64,000 bases of DNA from Octopus sinensis (taxonomy: Eukaryota): the NCBI RefSeq assembly GCF_006345805.1, contig NC_043000.1:114638001-114702000 (forward strand), given 5' to 3'. How positions within the stretch are numbered: position 1 is the stretch's first letter; the number at the start of each line of letters is the position of its first letter. Of this stretch, positions 38,632-50,613 are shown one piece after another. Under the pieces are notes generated by a model. It was not told the DNA's origin. It did not search any database and was given only the letters and a program-made list of their open reading frames with translations. The position numbers and the translations under genes were made by a program.

Positions 38632-39535
38632 TCTTTTATTGCCCACAAGGGGCTAAACATAGAGGAGACAGACAAGGACAGACACACGGATTAAGTCGAT
38701 TACATCGACCCCAGTGCGTAACTGGTACTTAATTTATCGACCCCGAAAGGATGAAAGTCAAAGTCGACCTCGGCGGAATTTGAACTCAGAACGTAGCGGC
38801 AGACGAAATACCACTAAGCATTTCACCCGGCGTGCTAACGTTTCTACCATGGAAAGGTATTTCGTCTGCCGCTACGTTCTGAATTCAAATTCCGCCGAGG
38901 TTGACTTTGCCTTTCATCCTTTCGGGGTCGATAAATTAAGTACCAGTTACGCACTGGGGTCGATTTAATCGACTTAATCCGTTTGTCTGTCCTTGTTTGC
39001 CCTCTTTGTGTTTAGCCCCTTGTGGGTAGTAAAGAAATAGGTATTTCGTCTGCCGCTACGTTCTGAGTTCAAATTCCGCCGAGGTTGACTTTGCCTTTCA
39101 ACCTTTCGGGGTCGATAAATTAAGTACCAGTTACGCACTGGGGTCGATTTAATCGACTTAATCCGTTTGTCTGTCCTTGTTTGCCCTCTTTGTGTTTAGC
39201 CCCTTGTGGGTAGTAAAGAAATAGGTATTTCGTCTGCCGCTACGTTCTGAGTTCAAATTCTGCCAAGGTTGACTTTGCCTTTCATCCTTTTAGGGTCAAT
39301 TTAAAGGCGGCGAGCTGGCAGAATCGTTAGCACACCGTGCGGAATGCTTACCGGTATTTCGTCTGTCGTTACGTTCTGAGTTCAAATTCCGTCGAGGTCG
39401 ACTTTGCCTTTCATCCTTTCGGGGTCGATAAATTAAGTACCAGTTACGCACTGGGGTCGATGTAATCGACTTGATCCGTTTGTCTTGTCCTTGTTTGTCC
39501 CCTCTGAGTTTAGCCCCTTGTGGGTAGTAAAGAAA
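38632..39535. mobile_element. SINE A cluster: one inverted copy, a 2.5-unit tandem array of about 182 bp, then a full copy
   Basis: Minus copy at 38632-38845; plus units start at about 38856, 39040 and 39223; new head at 39304. Confidence 0.9.
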
Positions 39536-39952
39536 GAGGAAAGAGAGGAAGAAACTAGTGCAGGTTATGTGAGCATCAGCCAAGGAAGAGCAGTCAAGGT
39601 GAACAGGGGCAATGTGGAAACAAGGTGTTTGGATTAAGTGGGAGTCAGTAATTGAGCGGATGCCACCCTGGAAGGACATCTTGTGGTGGAATGCAGAGTA
39701 GGGGTGAGCAAAATGAGTAAATGGGGTAAAATGTGTCATTTCATATTTCTTCTTATTTTTTTTCCCCGTATTTGTTTGAAACTATTATATTGCAAAGCAT
39801 TGTATCGTCATTTTGTACCGTTGTATCATCTTTGGGAATAAAACTTGGTCGGCATTCTTGCTGTTGTTGTCGTTGTCGTCGTCGTTGTTGCTGCTGCTGC
39901 TGCTGCTGCTGTTGTTGTTGTTGTTGTGTTGTTGTTGTTGTTGTTGTTGTTG

Positions 39953-40064
39953 TTAGTGTCCATTGCGTGGCACCTTGGACAAGCGTATTCTACTATAGCC
40001 TCGGCCTGATCAAAGCCTTCTGAGTGGATTTGGTACACGGAAATTGAAAGAAGCCCGTCGTATA
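39953..40064 (+). mobile_element. SINE family B, 5' half (split by the Helitron block)
   Basis: Ends ...GAAAGAAGCCCGTCGTATA exactly where intact copies enter their microsatellite spacer. Confidence 0.8.
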
Positions 40065-41026
40065 TCTCTCTATATATAAAACTGAGAATGTGTGCATGTC
40101 TGTCTGTCTGTCTGTGTGTTTCCCTAAAACTTGAGAACTACACAACCAACTTCATTCAAATTTTACACATGTCTTACTTAAGGTCCGGGGAGTGTCATCG
40201 GCAAAAAAAATCTTAACTTTTTCACTAGGGCGACCCCACAGCATTACCATATCTTCTCCACTATTTCAGTATTACGTGTTAAAAGTGAAACAAAAACATC
40301 TCTCTTTTGTAATGCTGACACTTTCACTATTATAACAGGGATGAACCATTAACAATGGTCATCCATTTTGCTAGAAGAAGATCCGCTATGGTTTTATATG
40401 CTACACCACTGGTTTTCAATTGATATTAATCAAATTAATATTCAATTTTTCACCCTTTTTATGTGTGTATTAGCAATTCGTATAAAATTGCATCAATGAT
40501 TTGAACTTGAATAAGTGGTTTCACATAAATGGGGATAAATTAAAAAGGTTTGTTGTTATTATTATTACTGTTTGACTATTGTAATCACGTTTGTTGGTTC
40601 CTCGTCAGGGAAACGTTGTTGTGTTGCATTTGTTAAATAATTGTAAACCGTAACCTTCCCCCTTTCGGAGAAGGGTCTTTGGTTATTGTTTAAAAATTGA
40701 ATTATGTCCCTGTTTGGGGAAATTGACGATATTTTCACCGTCTTTACGGAAGCATTTTTGTTAAAATGCCTTCGATAGAAGAAAGTCCAAAAATACATTT
40801 CACTGCAGCCGTACACTTCTATACAAGATGGAGGACAAGATCCAATTGATCGAAATTGCAAGAGACGGGCCTACAATTCCAGTCTGTTATATACATTGAG
40901 TATTGTTTTCACTAGCGATATCAAGATATAACTTTGTATTTTGTATTTTATGTGTAGATGTATATATATAGATGTACATGTAATATGTACACATATATAT
41001 ACTCATATATACATGCATAATATATA

Positions 41027-41068
<42 letters not shown>

Positions 41069-41070
41069 TA

Positions 41071-41205
41071 GGGGCAGGTGTGGCTGTGTAGTAACAAACT
41101 ACGTTCCAAACACATAGTCCTGGGTTCAGTCCCACTGTGTGGTGACTTGGCATGTGTCTTCTGCTGTAGCCTCAGACCAACAAAAGCCTTCTCAGTGGAT
41201 TTTGT
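41071..41205 (+). mobile_element. Diverged SINE B 5' part inside the Helitron block
   Basis: GGGGCAGGTGTGGCTGTGTAG...GGGTTCAGTCCCACTG. Confidence 0.7.
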
Positions 41206-41299
41206 ACATATATACAGGCATACATACATATATATATACATGCATACGTACATATTCGGCATAAACACTCTACCACTACAACTAATAACTGTTGGGAAC

Positions 41300-44151
41300 A
41301 CTTTCAAACCTGCCTTACATTCGAACCGGAATCTCAATGCCCGAGTTTTCCATCTCAACTTAATCTCTCTCATGGAGCTCATACAAAAAGGGCAAGTCTT
41401 TGGGCCCATACAATGTGACGTGTACACAATCGAGTGGCAAAAAAGGGGCCTTCCACGTGCTCATATCCTGCTTTGGCTCTCAGCGAAGATCAATTCCAAT
41501 GACATCGACAACATAATCTCTGCAGAACTTCCTGGTCCAGCTTTAGACAAAGAACTATACGAAATAGTTAAAGCAAACATGGTACATGGTCCATGTGGGT
41601 GTGGATTCAACATAAACTCACCATGCTTGAAGGACAGCATATGTTCAAAAAGATTTCCAAGGAGGTTCCTACAAGAAACTCAGACAGGCGCTGATGGGTA
41701 TCCATCCTACAGACGCAGAAAACCAGAAGACGGAGGTTTCACAGCAACTATCGGACAGCACGATATTGATAATAGATTGATTGTTCCATACTGCCCACTC
41801 CTGTCAAAGACTTTCAATGCCCACAACAACATTGAGTTTTGCAACTCCATTAAATCCATCAAGTACGTTTGCAAATATGTAAACAAGTGTTCTGACGCTG
41901 CAATGTTTGGATTACAACAAGAATACTGCCAGGATGAGGTGACGCATTATCAGGTGGGACGGTACATAAGTAGCAACGAGGCTTTCTGGCGCATCTTTGG
42001 CTTTCCAATTCACCAACGACACCCCGCCATTCAACAGCTTGCAGTGCACCTGGAAAATGGTCAAAGAGTGTACTTCACCGATGCTAATGCTTCTCTGTTG
42101 GCAGAGGAACCAAGGGATAGCACACTCACTGCATTCCTCAAGCTTTGTCAAGTGGATCCATTCGCTCAAACCTTGCTGTATCCATAGATATCATCGTACT
42201 ACACTTGGAATGGAAAAAAATGAGCCCTACGGAGAGCAGGTCAAAATGTTCATGGATACCCTGGCATTAAGTTTCACACATGCCTTGGGCGAATATACAT
42301 AGTGCATCCCACTCAACAACAGTGCTTCTACCTTCGTCTACTACTGCATGAGGTCAGAGGGCCAACGTCTTTCCAGGCCCTAAAAACCGTTCATGGACAT
42401 GTCTGCACAACATACAGAGAAGCCTGCTATCGACAAGGTTTGTTAGAAGATGGTGCACAATGGGATGCAACTTTAGGAGAGGCTGCTTTATCACAATCAC
42501 CTAAAAGTCTCAGGGCACTATTTGCAGGCATGCGAACTGTGTGATCCGGCCACTCTATGGCTCAAATATAGAGACAACCTGGCTGAAGACTTTCAGCGCC
42601 AAGCTCAACTGCTCTATCCTGACATGGAGAGTATCAGCAATGAAATCTATAACAAAACACTCATTGACATTGAAGACAGAATTGCTAAACTGGGTGGAAA
42701 TGAATTGTCGACGTATGGCCCGCCACAAGCATTCAAGTCAAAGTCAAATAGCCTTCCCACTGCTGTCATTCGTGAAAAGACCTACGACACTCAAGCGCTT
42801 TCAAAGTACATTGTTGAAAATGAGCCTAAATTACTTCCGGACCAGCTGCAGGCCTACAGAACTATTCTTAACAGTGTACGCCAACGCGAGGGACGAATCT
42901 TCTTCCTCGATGCTCCTGGAGAGACAGGAAAAACATTTATTACAAAGTTTCTCCTTGCAGAAGTTAGGCAGCATCAGGACATTGCAGTAGCTGTAGCCTC
43001 CTCTGGTATTGCAGCTACATTGTTACCCGGTGGCAGGACAGAACACTCAACTTTTAGACTCCCTCTCAGTTTAGCAGCATCCGAAATGCCTTCATGCAAC
43101 ATCAACAAAAGCTCAGATCAGGGACAAGTACTTAAAATGTGTCATCTAATTGTCTGGGATGAGTGCACTATGGCTCACAAGGGAGCTTTGGAAGCATTAG
43201 ATAGAGCCCCGAAAGATATCCGAGACTGTCAGGCTCCAATGGGAGGTGTAACGCTTCTGTTGTCAGGTGATATCAGGCAAACTCTTCCTGTCATTCCGAA
43301 AGGCACTAGAGCAGATGAAGTCCAAGCATGCCTAAAGTCCTCTACCCTGTGGCATCATGTTACAATCCTCAATCTCACCACTAACATGAGGGCTCAGCTA
43401 CACGGCGACAAAATGTCCACAAAGTTTGCACAGGACATTTTGACACTTGGTGAAGGCGATGCCTCTCGATGCTGCAGGACAAATGGAAGTGTGGTCATTT
43501 TCCTCTGTTGTTAATTCTGTAGATGACCTCAAAAACGAAGTCTTTCCCAACTTCACACAAAACTACCAAAATCACAATTGGCTGTGTGAAAGAGCAATAT
43601 TAGCTCCAAAAAATGTCGCTGTTAACAAAATTAATCAACAGCTAATGCATTCTCTTCCCGGCACTATACACACTTACAAGTCTGTTGATACAATTCCAGA
43701 TATAAATGAAGTTGTGAATTATCCTTCTGAATTTCTCAATTCACTGGAGCCTCCTGGACTACCTCCACACATATTAGCACTTAAAGTTGGAACTCCTGTA
43801 ATGCTACTCCGCAATCTGGAACCACCAAGACTTTGCAATGGAACACGACTGGTGATAAAGAAAATGATGTCACTCGTTATCGAGGCGATCATTCTTTCTG
43901 GATGTGGAAAAGGAGCAGAAATTCCATTTACATTCAGAAGACTGCAATTCCCCCTTCGTGTCAGCTCTGCCATGTCCATTAACAAATCTCAGGGTCAAAC
44001 CCTCTCTGTAGCTGGTCTTCTCTTGGAAGAGTCCTGCTTCTCGCATGGGCAACTGTATGTTGGCTGCTCAAGAGTAGGAACCAAAAGAAACCTTTTTGCA
44101 TATGCTCCACAAGGAAAAACAAGGAACATTGTTTACAACGAGATGTTATAA
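41300..44151 (+). pseudogene. Helitron RepHel (HUH Rep + PIF1-like SF1B helicase) pseudogene, N-terminus missing
   Basis: Rep motifs ARVF, YTIEWQKRGLPRAH and YVCKYVNK; helicase motifs DAPGETGKT, IVWDE, GDIRQ, LCNGTR, NKSQGQT and HGQLYVGCSRV; stop at 42185 and frameshifts near 42530 and 43460. Confidence 0.95.
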
Positions 44152-44235
44152 TCTCAACAGCCAGGAGGTATATACATGATCCCCTTTTTTTTAACAAACT
44201 TCATGTACAGTCATGTATTTATATATATATATATA

Positions 44236-44721
44236 CATGGAAAAATGCAAGCATGAAAAGTAATATTCTTAAGATTATAAACCTGGAAAAGTACAGGACA
44301 ATTTATGACACCGGTAAACGTATAAGACAAACTACTACTTCAAGTAAAATAAAGAATAAGAAACTTTTTACTTAAAATATTGCACCAAAGAATGCCACTT
44401 CTTTAGAGTTCTCATCTTTTATTGCGCAAAACTGTTCGGCTAATTTGCAAGTTTTTCTAATTAGTCACTATTTTCTGTATTTAAAGTAGTAAAGTAGCCA
44501 AATTGTACTTAAATATGTCTAGTGTTATTTGAAAACTATAATAAAATAATTTTTAATATTCAAATTTTAATTTTAGCTGCAATATTTTAAGTAAAAAGTT
44601 TCTTATTCTTTACTCGAAGTAATAGCTTGTCCTATACTCTTACAGGTATAATAACTTCTCCTGCACTTTTCCGGATTTATAATCTTAAGAATCTTATTTT
44701 TCATGCTTGCATTTTTCCATG
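44236..44721. repeat. Foldback element with about 150-bp inverted arms (44236-44384 / 44578-44721)
   Basis: CATGGAAAAATGCAAGCATGAAAA... versus ...TTTTCATGCTTGCATTTTTCCATG; inner ends CTTAAAATATTGCA / TGCAATATTTTAAG. Confidence 0.85.
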
Positions 44722-45681
44722 CAATCCATGATTTTTCCAGACATTGCTGTTATAAGATAAGTAATAATGTGTCAATAATTTAAGATTTTACCTTATGAAA
44801 TACTGAAAAATAATATTTCAATTTATCCATGTTGAATTTAAATATATGTTGTGATTGAATTATTTGATATTACCCATCTACACCAAATTTATGGCAGGGG
44901 TTTTTACCATGTTGTTCGTTGCACCATGGATCACCAAAAATTACAAACAACAAGATCCCAAAACGATCAGTTACCAGGCTCATCTTAAGTAACCTAATTT
45001 TGCAATAATAGGAGGTCACAGGAACTCATTCAACGAAAAAAAATTTCCATCGATTCCGGGATTGGGAGGGTGAACCCCACCTAATTTTTTCCGAACCAAA
45101 ATAAGGGATTTGCAGCACATTAGGAGGTCAAGGTCTTGATTCCACGCAAAATTGTTTTTTTCTTAGTGAAATTCGTGCGGATGTTAATATAGAAATTGAC
45201 TATAATGTTGTTATTTAGCCTCAAATCAACCCTGATACTGAAAACGTATCATCAAACCGCCTTTTTAGGGATAATCTAGGACATTACATACAATGGGCGT
45301 GTGATTCAGGTAGGGGGCTACTTTGGCCTGCTATTTTTAATGTGTGGAGCAACCAGGTAGAAGCTCTTTCATTGGTTCGATTGCGTGATAAGATTTTTTT
45401 TTCCACATTTATGTAATATGTATATATATCATCGGCAGAAGTTAGACAGTAAGTCAAAAACTGAGAGTTTCGTGTATTGGCACTTATCAAACACGAATTT
45501 CTACGTTGTCACTCTGTAACTTCAGACGAAATAACTTTTAAAGTACAAAATTTTATCCAAAACGTTAAGAGTAAACCCTCTTCTATGTGACACATTCTAC
45601 CAATAAAGGAAGTTTGAAAGTGTCTAGTTAAAAAAAAATTAGTTAAAAGGACACCCACAATATGGTCAAAACATCATATTG

Positions 45682-47577
45682 CCTCAAAAATTTTTGAAAA
45701 ACTTTTTGAAAATTTTCCTCAAAAATTTTTGAAAACTTTCCCCAAAAATTATTGAAAATTTTTTTTTAAAATTTTCCTCAAAAATGTTTGAAAAATTTCT
45801 CCCCAAAAATTTTTTGAAAATTTTCCCCAAAAACTTTTCGAAAATTTTTCGAAAATTTTCCCCAAAAATTATTGAAAAATTTTTTGAAAGTTTTCCCCAA
45901 AAATTTTTCAGAAATTTTTTGAAAATTTTCCCCAAAAATTATTGAAAAATTTTTTGAAAATTTTCCTCAAAAATGTTTGAAAAATTTTTCCCCCCAAATT
46001 TTTTTTCACATAAATTTTTCGAAAATATTTTGAAAATTTTCACCAAAAATTTTTGAAAAGTTTTTCAAAACTTTTATCAAAATTTTCCCCGAAAATTTTT
46101 AAAGAATTTTTTGAAAATTTTTCCCCCAAAATTTTTTTCCCAGAAATTTTTCGAAATTTTTTTGAAAATTTTCAGCAAAAATTTTTGAAAAGTTTTTAGA
46201 AACTTTTCCCCAAAATTTTAGAAAAGTTTTTTAAAAATTTTCACCAAAAATTTTTGAAAAGTTTTTCGAAAATTTTCCCCAAAATTAAAAAAAAATTTTT
46301 TGAAAATTTTCCCCAAAAATTTTTTGGAAATTTTTCCCCCAAAATTTTTTTTCCCAGAAATTTTTCGAAATTTTTTTGAAAATTTTCACCAAAAATTTTT
46401 GAAAAGTGTTTTGAAAATTTTCCCCAAACATTTTTTGAAAATTTTATGAAAATTTTCCCTAAAAATTTTTGAAAAGTTTTTCGAATATTTTCAAAAATTT
46501 TTTGAAAATTTTCCTCAAAAATGTTTGAAACATTTTTCTCCGAAAATTTTTTTTCCCCAGAAATTTTTAGAAATTTTTTTGAAAATTTTCACCAAAAATT
46601 TTTGAAAAGTTTTTTGAAAATTTTCCCAAAAATTTTAGAAAAGTTTTTTGAAAATTTTTGAAAATTTTCCCAAAAATTTTAGAAAAATTTTTTGAAAATT
46701 TTATGAAAAATTTCCGGAATTTTTGAAAATTTTCCCAAAAATTTTAGAAAAATTTTTTGAAAATTTTATGAAAATTTTCCCTAAATATTTTTGAAAAGTT
46801 TTTCGAATACTTTCCCCAAAAATTTTTGAAAAAGTTTTTGAAAATTTTCCTCAAAAATGTTTCAAAAAATTTTCCCCGAATATTTTTTTTCCCCAGAAGT
46901 TTTTCGAAAATTTTCCTCCGAAATTTTTGAAAATGTTCCCAAAAATTTTAGAAACATTTTTTGAAACTTTTCCCCAAAAATTTTTGAAAACTTTTTGAAA
47001 ATTTTTCCCAAAAATTTTAGAAAAATTTTTTGAAAATTTTATGAAAAATTTCCGGAATTTTTGAAAATTTTCCCAAAAATTTTAGAAAAATTTTTTGAAA
47101 ATTTTATGAAAATTTTCCCTAAATATTTTTGAAAAGTTTTTCGAATACTTTCCCCAAAAATTTTTGAAAAAGTTTTTGAAAATTTTCCTCAAAAATGTTT
47201 CAAAAAATTTTCCCCGAATATTTTTTTTCCCCAGAAGTTTTTCGAAAATTTTCCTCCGAAATTTTTGAAAATGTTCCCAAAAATTTTAGAAACATTTTTT
47301 GAAACTTTTCCCCAAAAATTTTTGAAAACTTTTTGAAAAATTTTTCCCAAAAATTTTTCGAAAATTCTTTGAACAATTTCCTACAAAATTTTAGAAAACT
47401 TTTTTGAAAATTTTTTTTTTGAACATTTTCCCTAAAAATTTTTCGAAAATTTTACCCCAAAATTTTTGAAAAATTTTGGGGAAAATTTTCAAGTCTTCAA
47501 AAAATTTTTTTTTAATTTTTAAAAAATTTTTTGCGAAAATTTTTTGGGGAAAATTTTCCAAAAATTTTTTGAAAAAA
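45682..47577. repeat. A/T-tract satellite built from GAAAATTTT and CCCCAAAAATTTTT subunits
   Basis: Subunits of about 11-12 nt paired into repeats of about 23 nt; 338-bp higher-order duplication (CCGG at 46714 and 47052). Confidence 0.95.
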
Positions 47578-48203
47578 TGAGAGAAGGAGAGAGAGAATAA
47601 GTGACGACCTTCATAAAATATAAAATGTAAAATGTTTTGTCTTTTCTTAAACACGAGATATAGTGTTCAAATTTAGGATGTTTTTGAAAAACACTATATT
47701 TTATAATCATAGTATATATACTTTCTCACACAATTACAATATATTTATTTTAAATCTTTCTCTCCCCTCTCTCTCACACACATTACTTTGGGTGCGAAAG
47801 AGTTTTGTTTTTATTTTACCCCGAGTAAAAAAGTGTTTTGTTGACAATCCATTTTTTTAACAACAAAGAGGTGAGTAGCAATTTGTCAGTGAATTGCACA
47901 ATATAAATGGGTACGAGTGTTAATCTACAAATTTAACAACATTTTTCCATTCATTTCTGTTTATGAACATGTATGCATGCACAAAACATGCAATAGGTGT
48001 ACGTACGTACATGTGTATTCGTGTCTGTTACCCATATATATTTATATTATATTATATATATATAATATATATATAATATAACCAATTTCAACGGATTTTG
48101 CCCAAATTTGACGTCGATATTACTTAGTTTGGTTTGAAATAAAGAACTTGATTAGCTTAATAATTGTAACTTAATCCCGGGCAAGGCCGGGTTATACTGC
48201 TAG

Positions 48204-48227
48204 TATATATATATATATATATATAAT

Positions 48228-48277
<50 letters not shown>

Positions 48278-48490
48278 CGTGTGTGTGTATGTGTGTGTGT
48301 GTCTCCCCACCATCTTGACAACCGATGCTGGTGTGGTTACGTCCCCCGTAGCTTAGCTGTCCGGCAAAAAGAGACCGACAGAATCAATACTAGGCTTAAA
48401 GAATAAGTCCTGGGGTCGATTCCTTCGACTAAAGGCGGTGCTTCAGTGTGGCCGCATTCAAATGGCTGAAACAAGTAAGAGAATTAAAGA
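48204..48490 (+). mobile_element. SINE family B, 3' half
   Basis: TA/TG spacer followed by CTTGACAACCGATGCTGG...GAAACAAGTAAGAG, continuing from 39953-40064. Confidence 0.8.
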
Positions 48491-48534
48491 ATATAGCTCC
48501 AGGCCAACCAAAGCCCGTCGTATATATGTATGTA

Positions 48535-49054
48535 CAAGTAAAACTCCCGCCCCCACGTCCAATGGACGGTGCTGAATCATATCTGCTGAATAAAAAGCAA
48601 TCAGTGTTTTCTTTTCATTAAAAAATAATTAAGCATGCCTTTATTTCAATAAAATTTTTGGTTTTGTTAAACGAAGTTAAGGCAAAAAAAAAAACTTCTT
48701 GAGAAACCAAATAGTCTTTCCTTCCTTCATGCCAAGTTTGCAGAAAATATCTCTTTCGCATTTTACTTCTTTGGTCTCTTAAACATACTGCATTTTGTGG
48801 CATTATTTCAAGCCAGCCGGCTTTTTTTTTGCGCAAACTGCTCATGCATTTTTCTCGCGTATGCGTAGTATCGATCGCAACAGCTGATGTACTTGCACGT
48901 TCGCATTCTCACCTGGAATCGATTTTTGTCATTTTTCAAGACATGCCCTGATATCGTCGGTATCTACATATGAAATTTGAGCGCAATCGGATGGAGGATG
49001 CCCGAGATCCTAGAAGACACACACACACACATAGAACGGATTTTATATAATAGA
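48535..49054 (-). mobile_element. Non-autonomous Helitron-like family H, complete
   Basis: A|TCTATTATATAAAATCC start; hairpin CGTCCATTGGACG then CTTG|T end; follows a SINE B fragment ending AAGCCCGTCGTATATATG. Confidence 0.7.
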
Positions 49055-49293
49055 TATGTGTTTTCTTATCGTGAACATTTTGTACCAAAATATTTTATGA
49101 TTGATGTTGCATATATAAAATTTTCAGAAAATACGTCAATCGTAGCAATAAGGTAGACAACTCTCGAATTTTTGACATTGAGGTTTGTCCCTTTAATTAA
49201 CACCGTTGTAACGTTCCAATATTAGTTTGATATTAGTTCACTTCAGTCTCCCTGCTGGTGTCTTAGAGAAAGTTATCAATGCCATCACCTCAT

Positions 49294-49727
49294 CTCTTAC
49301 TCTTTTACTTGTTTTAGTCATTTGAATGCGGCCATGCTGGAGTACCGCCTTTGGTCGAGGAAATCGACCCAAGGACTTATTCTTTGAAAGCCTAGTACTT
49401 ATTCTATCGGTCTCTCTTGCCGAACCGCTAAGTTACGGGGACGTAAACACACCAGCATCGGTTGTCAAGCGATGTTGGGGGACAAACACAGACACACAAA
49501 CATACACACACACACACACTCACACATACACACACACACACACACATATATATACATATATATGACAGGCTTCTTTCAGTTTCCGTCTACCAAATCCACT
49601 CACAAGGTTTTGGTCGGTAAGAGGCTATTGTAGAAGACACTTGCCCCGGAGGTGCCACGCAGTGGGACTGAACCCGGAACCATGTCGTTCGTAAGCAAGC
49701 TACTTACCACACAGCCACTCCTACGCC
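49294..49727 (-). mobile_element. SINE family B, full length
   Basis: Complete head-to-tail match with the other B copies. Confidence 0.9.
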
Positions 49728-50063
49728 TAATAACATAATCTAATAACATTTTTATAACAAATCTTACCATTCCTATTGAGGAGGTCAAAAGTCAACAATG
49801 TGTTGAAGTATTAAATCAAAAGGATCCAACCCTTTTAATCCAATCTATTGTCGCCACGTAAACTCCACTTTTTAGTGGGGAGATAACCCAGTTTTTTAAT
49901 GGGGGTGAGATAACCAAAAAGTACCCAGATTTGCTTGTGTGTGAGCTACATTATCCAATGTTATTCCTTTCTAAAAACATCGTGTTATTTCAGAGATTGG
50001 TCGACTATTTCTAGCATTTAAATAAATATGCAAACACATGTTATTAGTTTGCAGGTGTATATT

Positions 50064-50370
50064 ATTTATGCACCCTTTTCAAGCCTAGCCAGGCTCATGG
50101 GCCCGGTTTCCCGGTTTCTGTGGCGTATGTGTTCACCCCAGCTGGACGGGACGCCAGTCCACCGCAGCGTTGCTCAAGAAACAGGAAGAGAGAGTGAGAG
50201 AAAGTTGGGGCGAAAGAGTACAACAGGGGTCGCCACCATCCCCTGCCGAAGCCTCATGGAGCGTTAGGTGTTTTCACTCAATAAACACACACAACACCCG
50301 GTCTGGGAATCGAAACTGCGATCCTCCGACTGCGAGTCCGCTGCCCTAACCACTGGGCCATTGCGCCTCC
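50064..50370 (-). mobile_element. SINE family C, full length
   Basis: tRNA head GGAGGCGCAATGGCCCAGTGG, B box and V-like domain. Confidence 0.85.
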
Positions 50371-50613
50371 ACTGTAGGTGTATGACAACTGCATTAAAGA
50401 CTGCGTAGTGTGATTTGAGAGGAATGTAGCTGGTATTTCTAGTTGGTCAAGCAATCTTATTAAATGAGACACGGGGAACCTTTTACATTTCAACAATTAC
50501 TCTTTCTTATCAGCTTTATTGCTGTTATTGTTTACACTTGTCTACGTAAATCCTCACTGCCCTTGTGGCCAATACAGAATGTATTATTATTATATTTTAT
50601 TTTATTTTATTTT

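Larger units (their letters stand above)
40065..48203 (+). mobile_element. Helitron-bounded block of 8139 bp
   Basis: 5' A|TCTCTCTATATATAAAAC; 3' hairpin CCCGG-GCAAGG-CCGGG then CTAG|T; RepHel remnants inside; SINE halves on both flanks. That it is one element is an inference. Confidence 0.65.

Noticed and set aside
38856-39300. Tandem 182-bp units as a CRISPR array
   Set aside because: Whole units repeat with no unique spacers, there are no cas genes, the context is eukaryotic, and the units are SINE bodies.
45684-45935. K/F/N-rich ORFs in the satellite (also 47391-47710)
   Set aside because: Artefacts of A/T-tract repeats.
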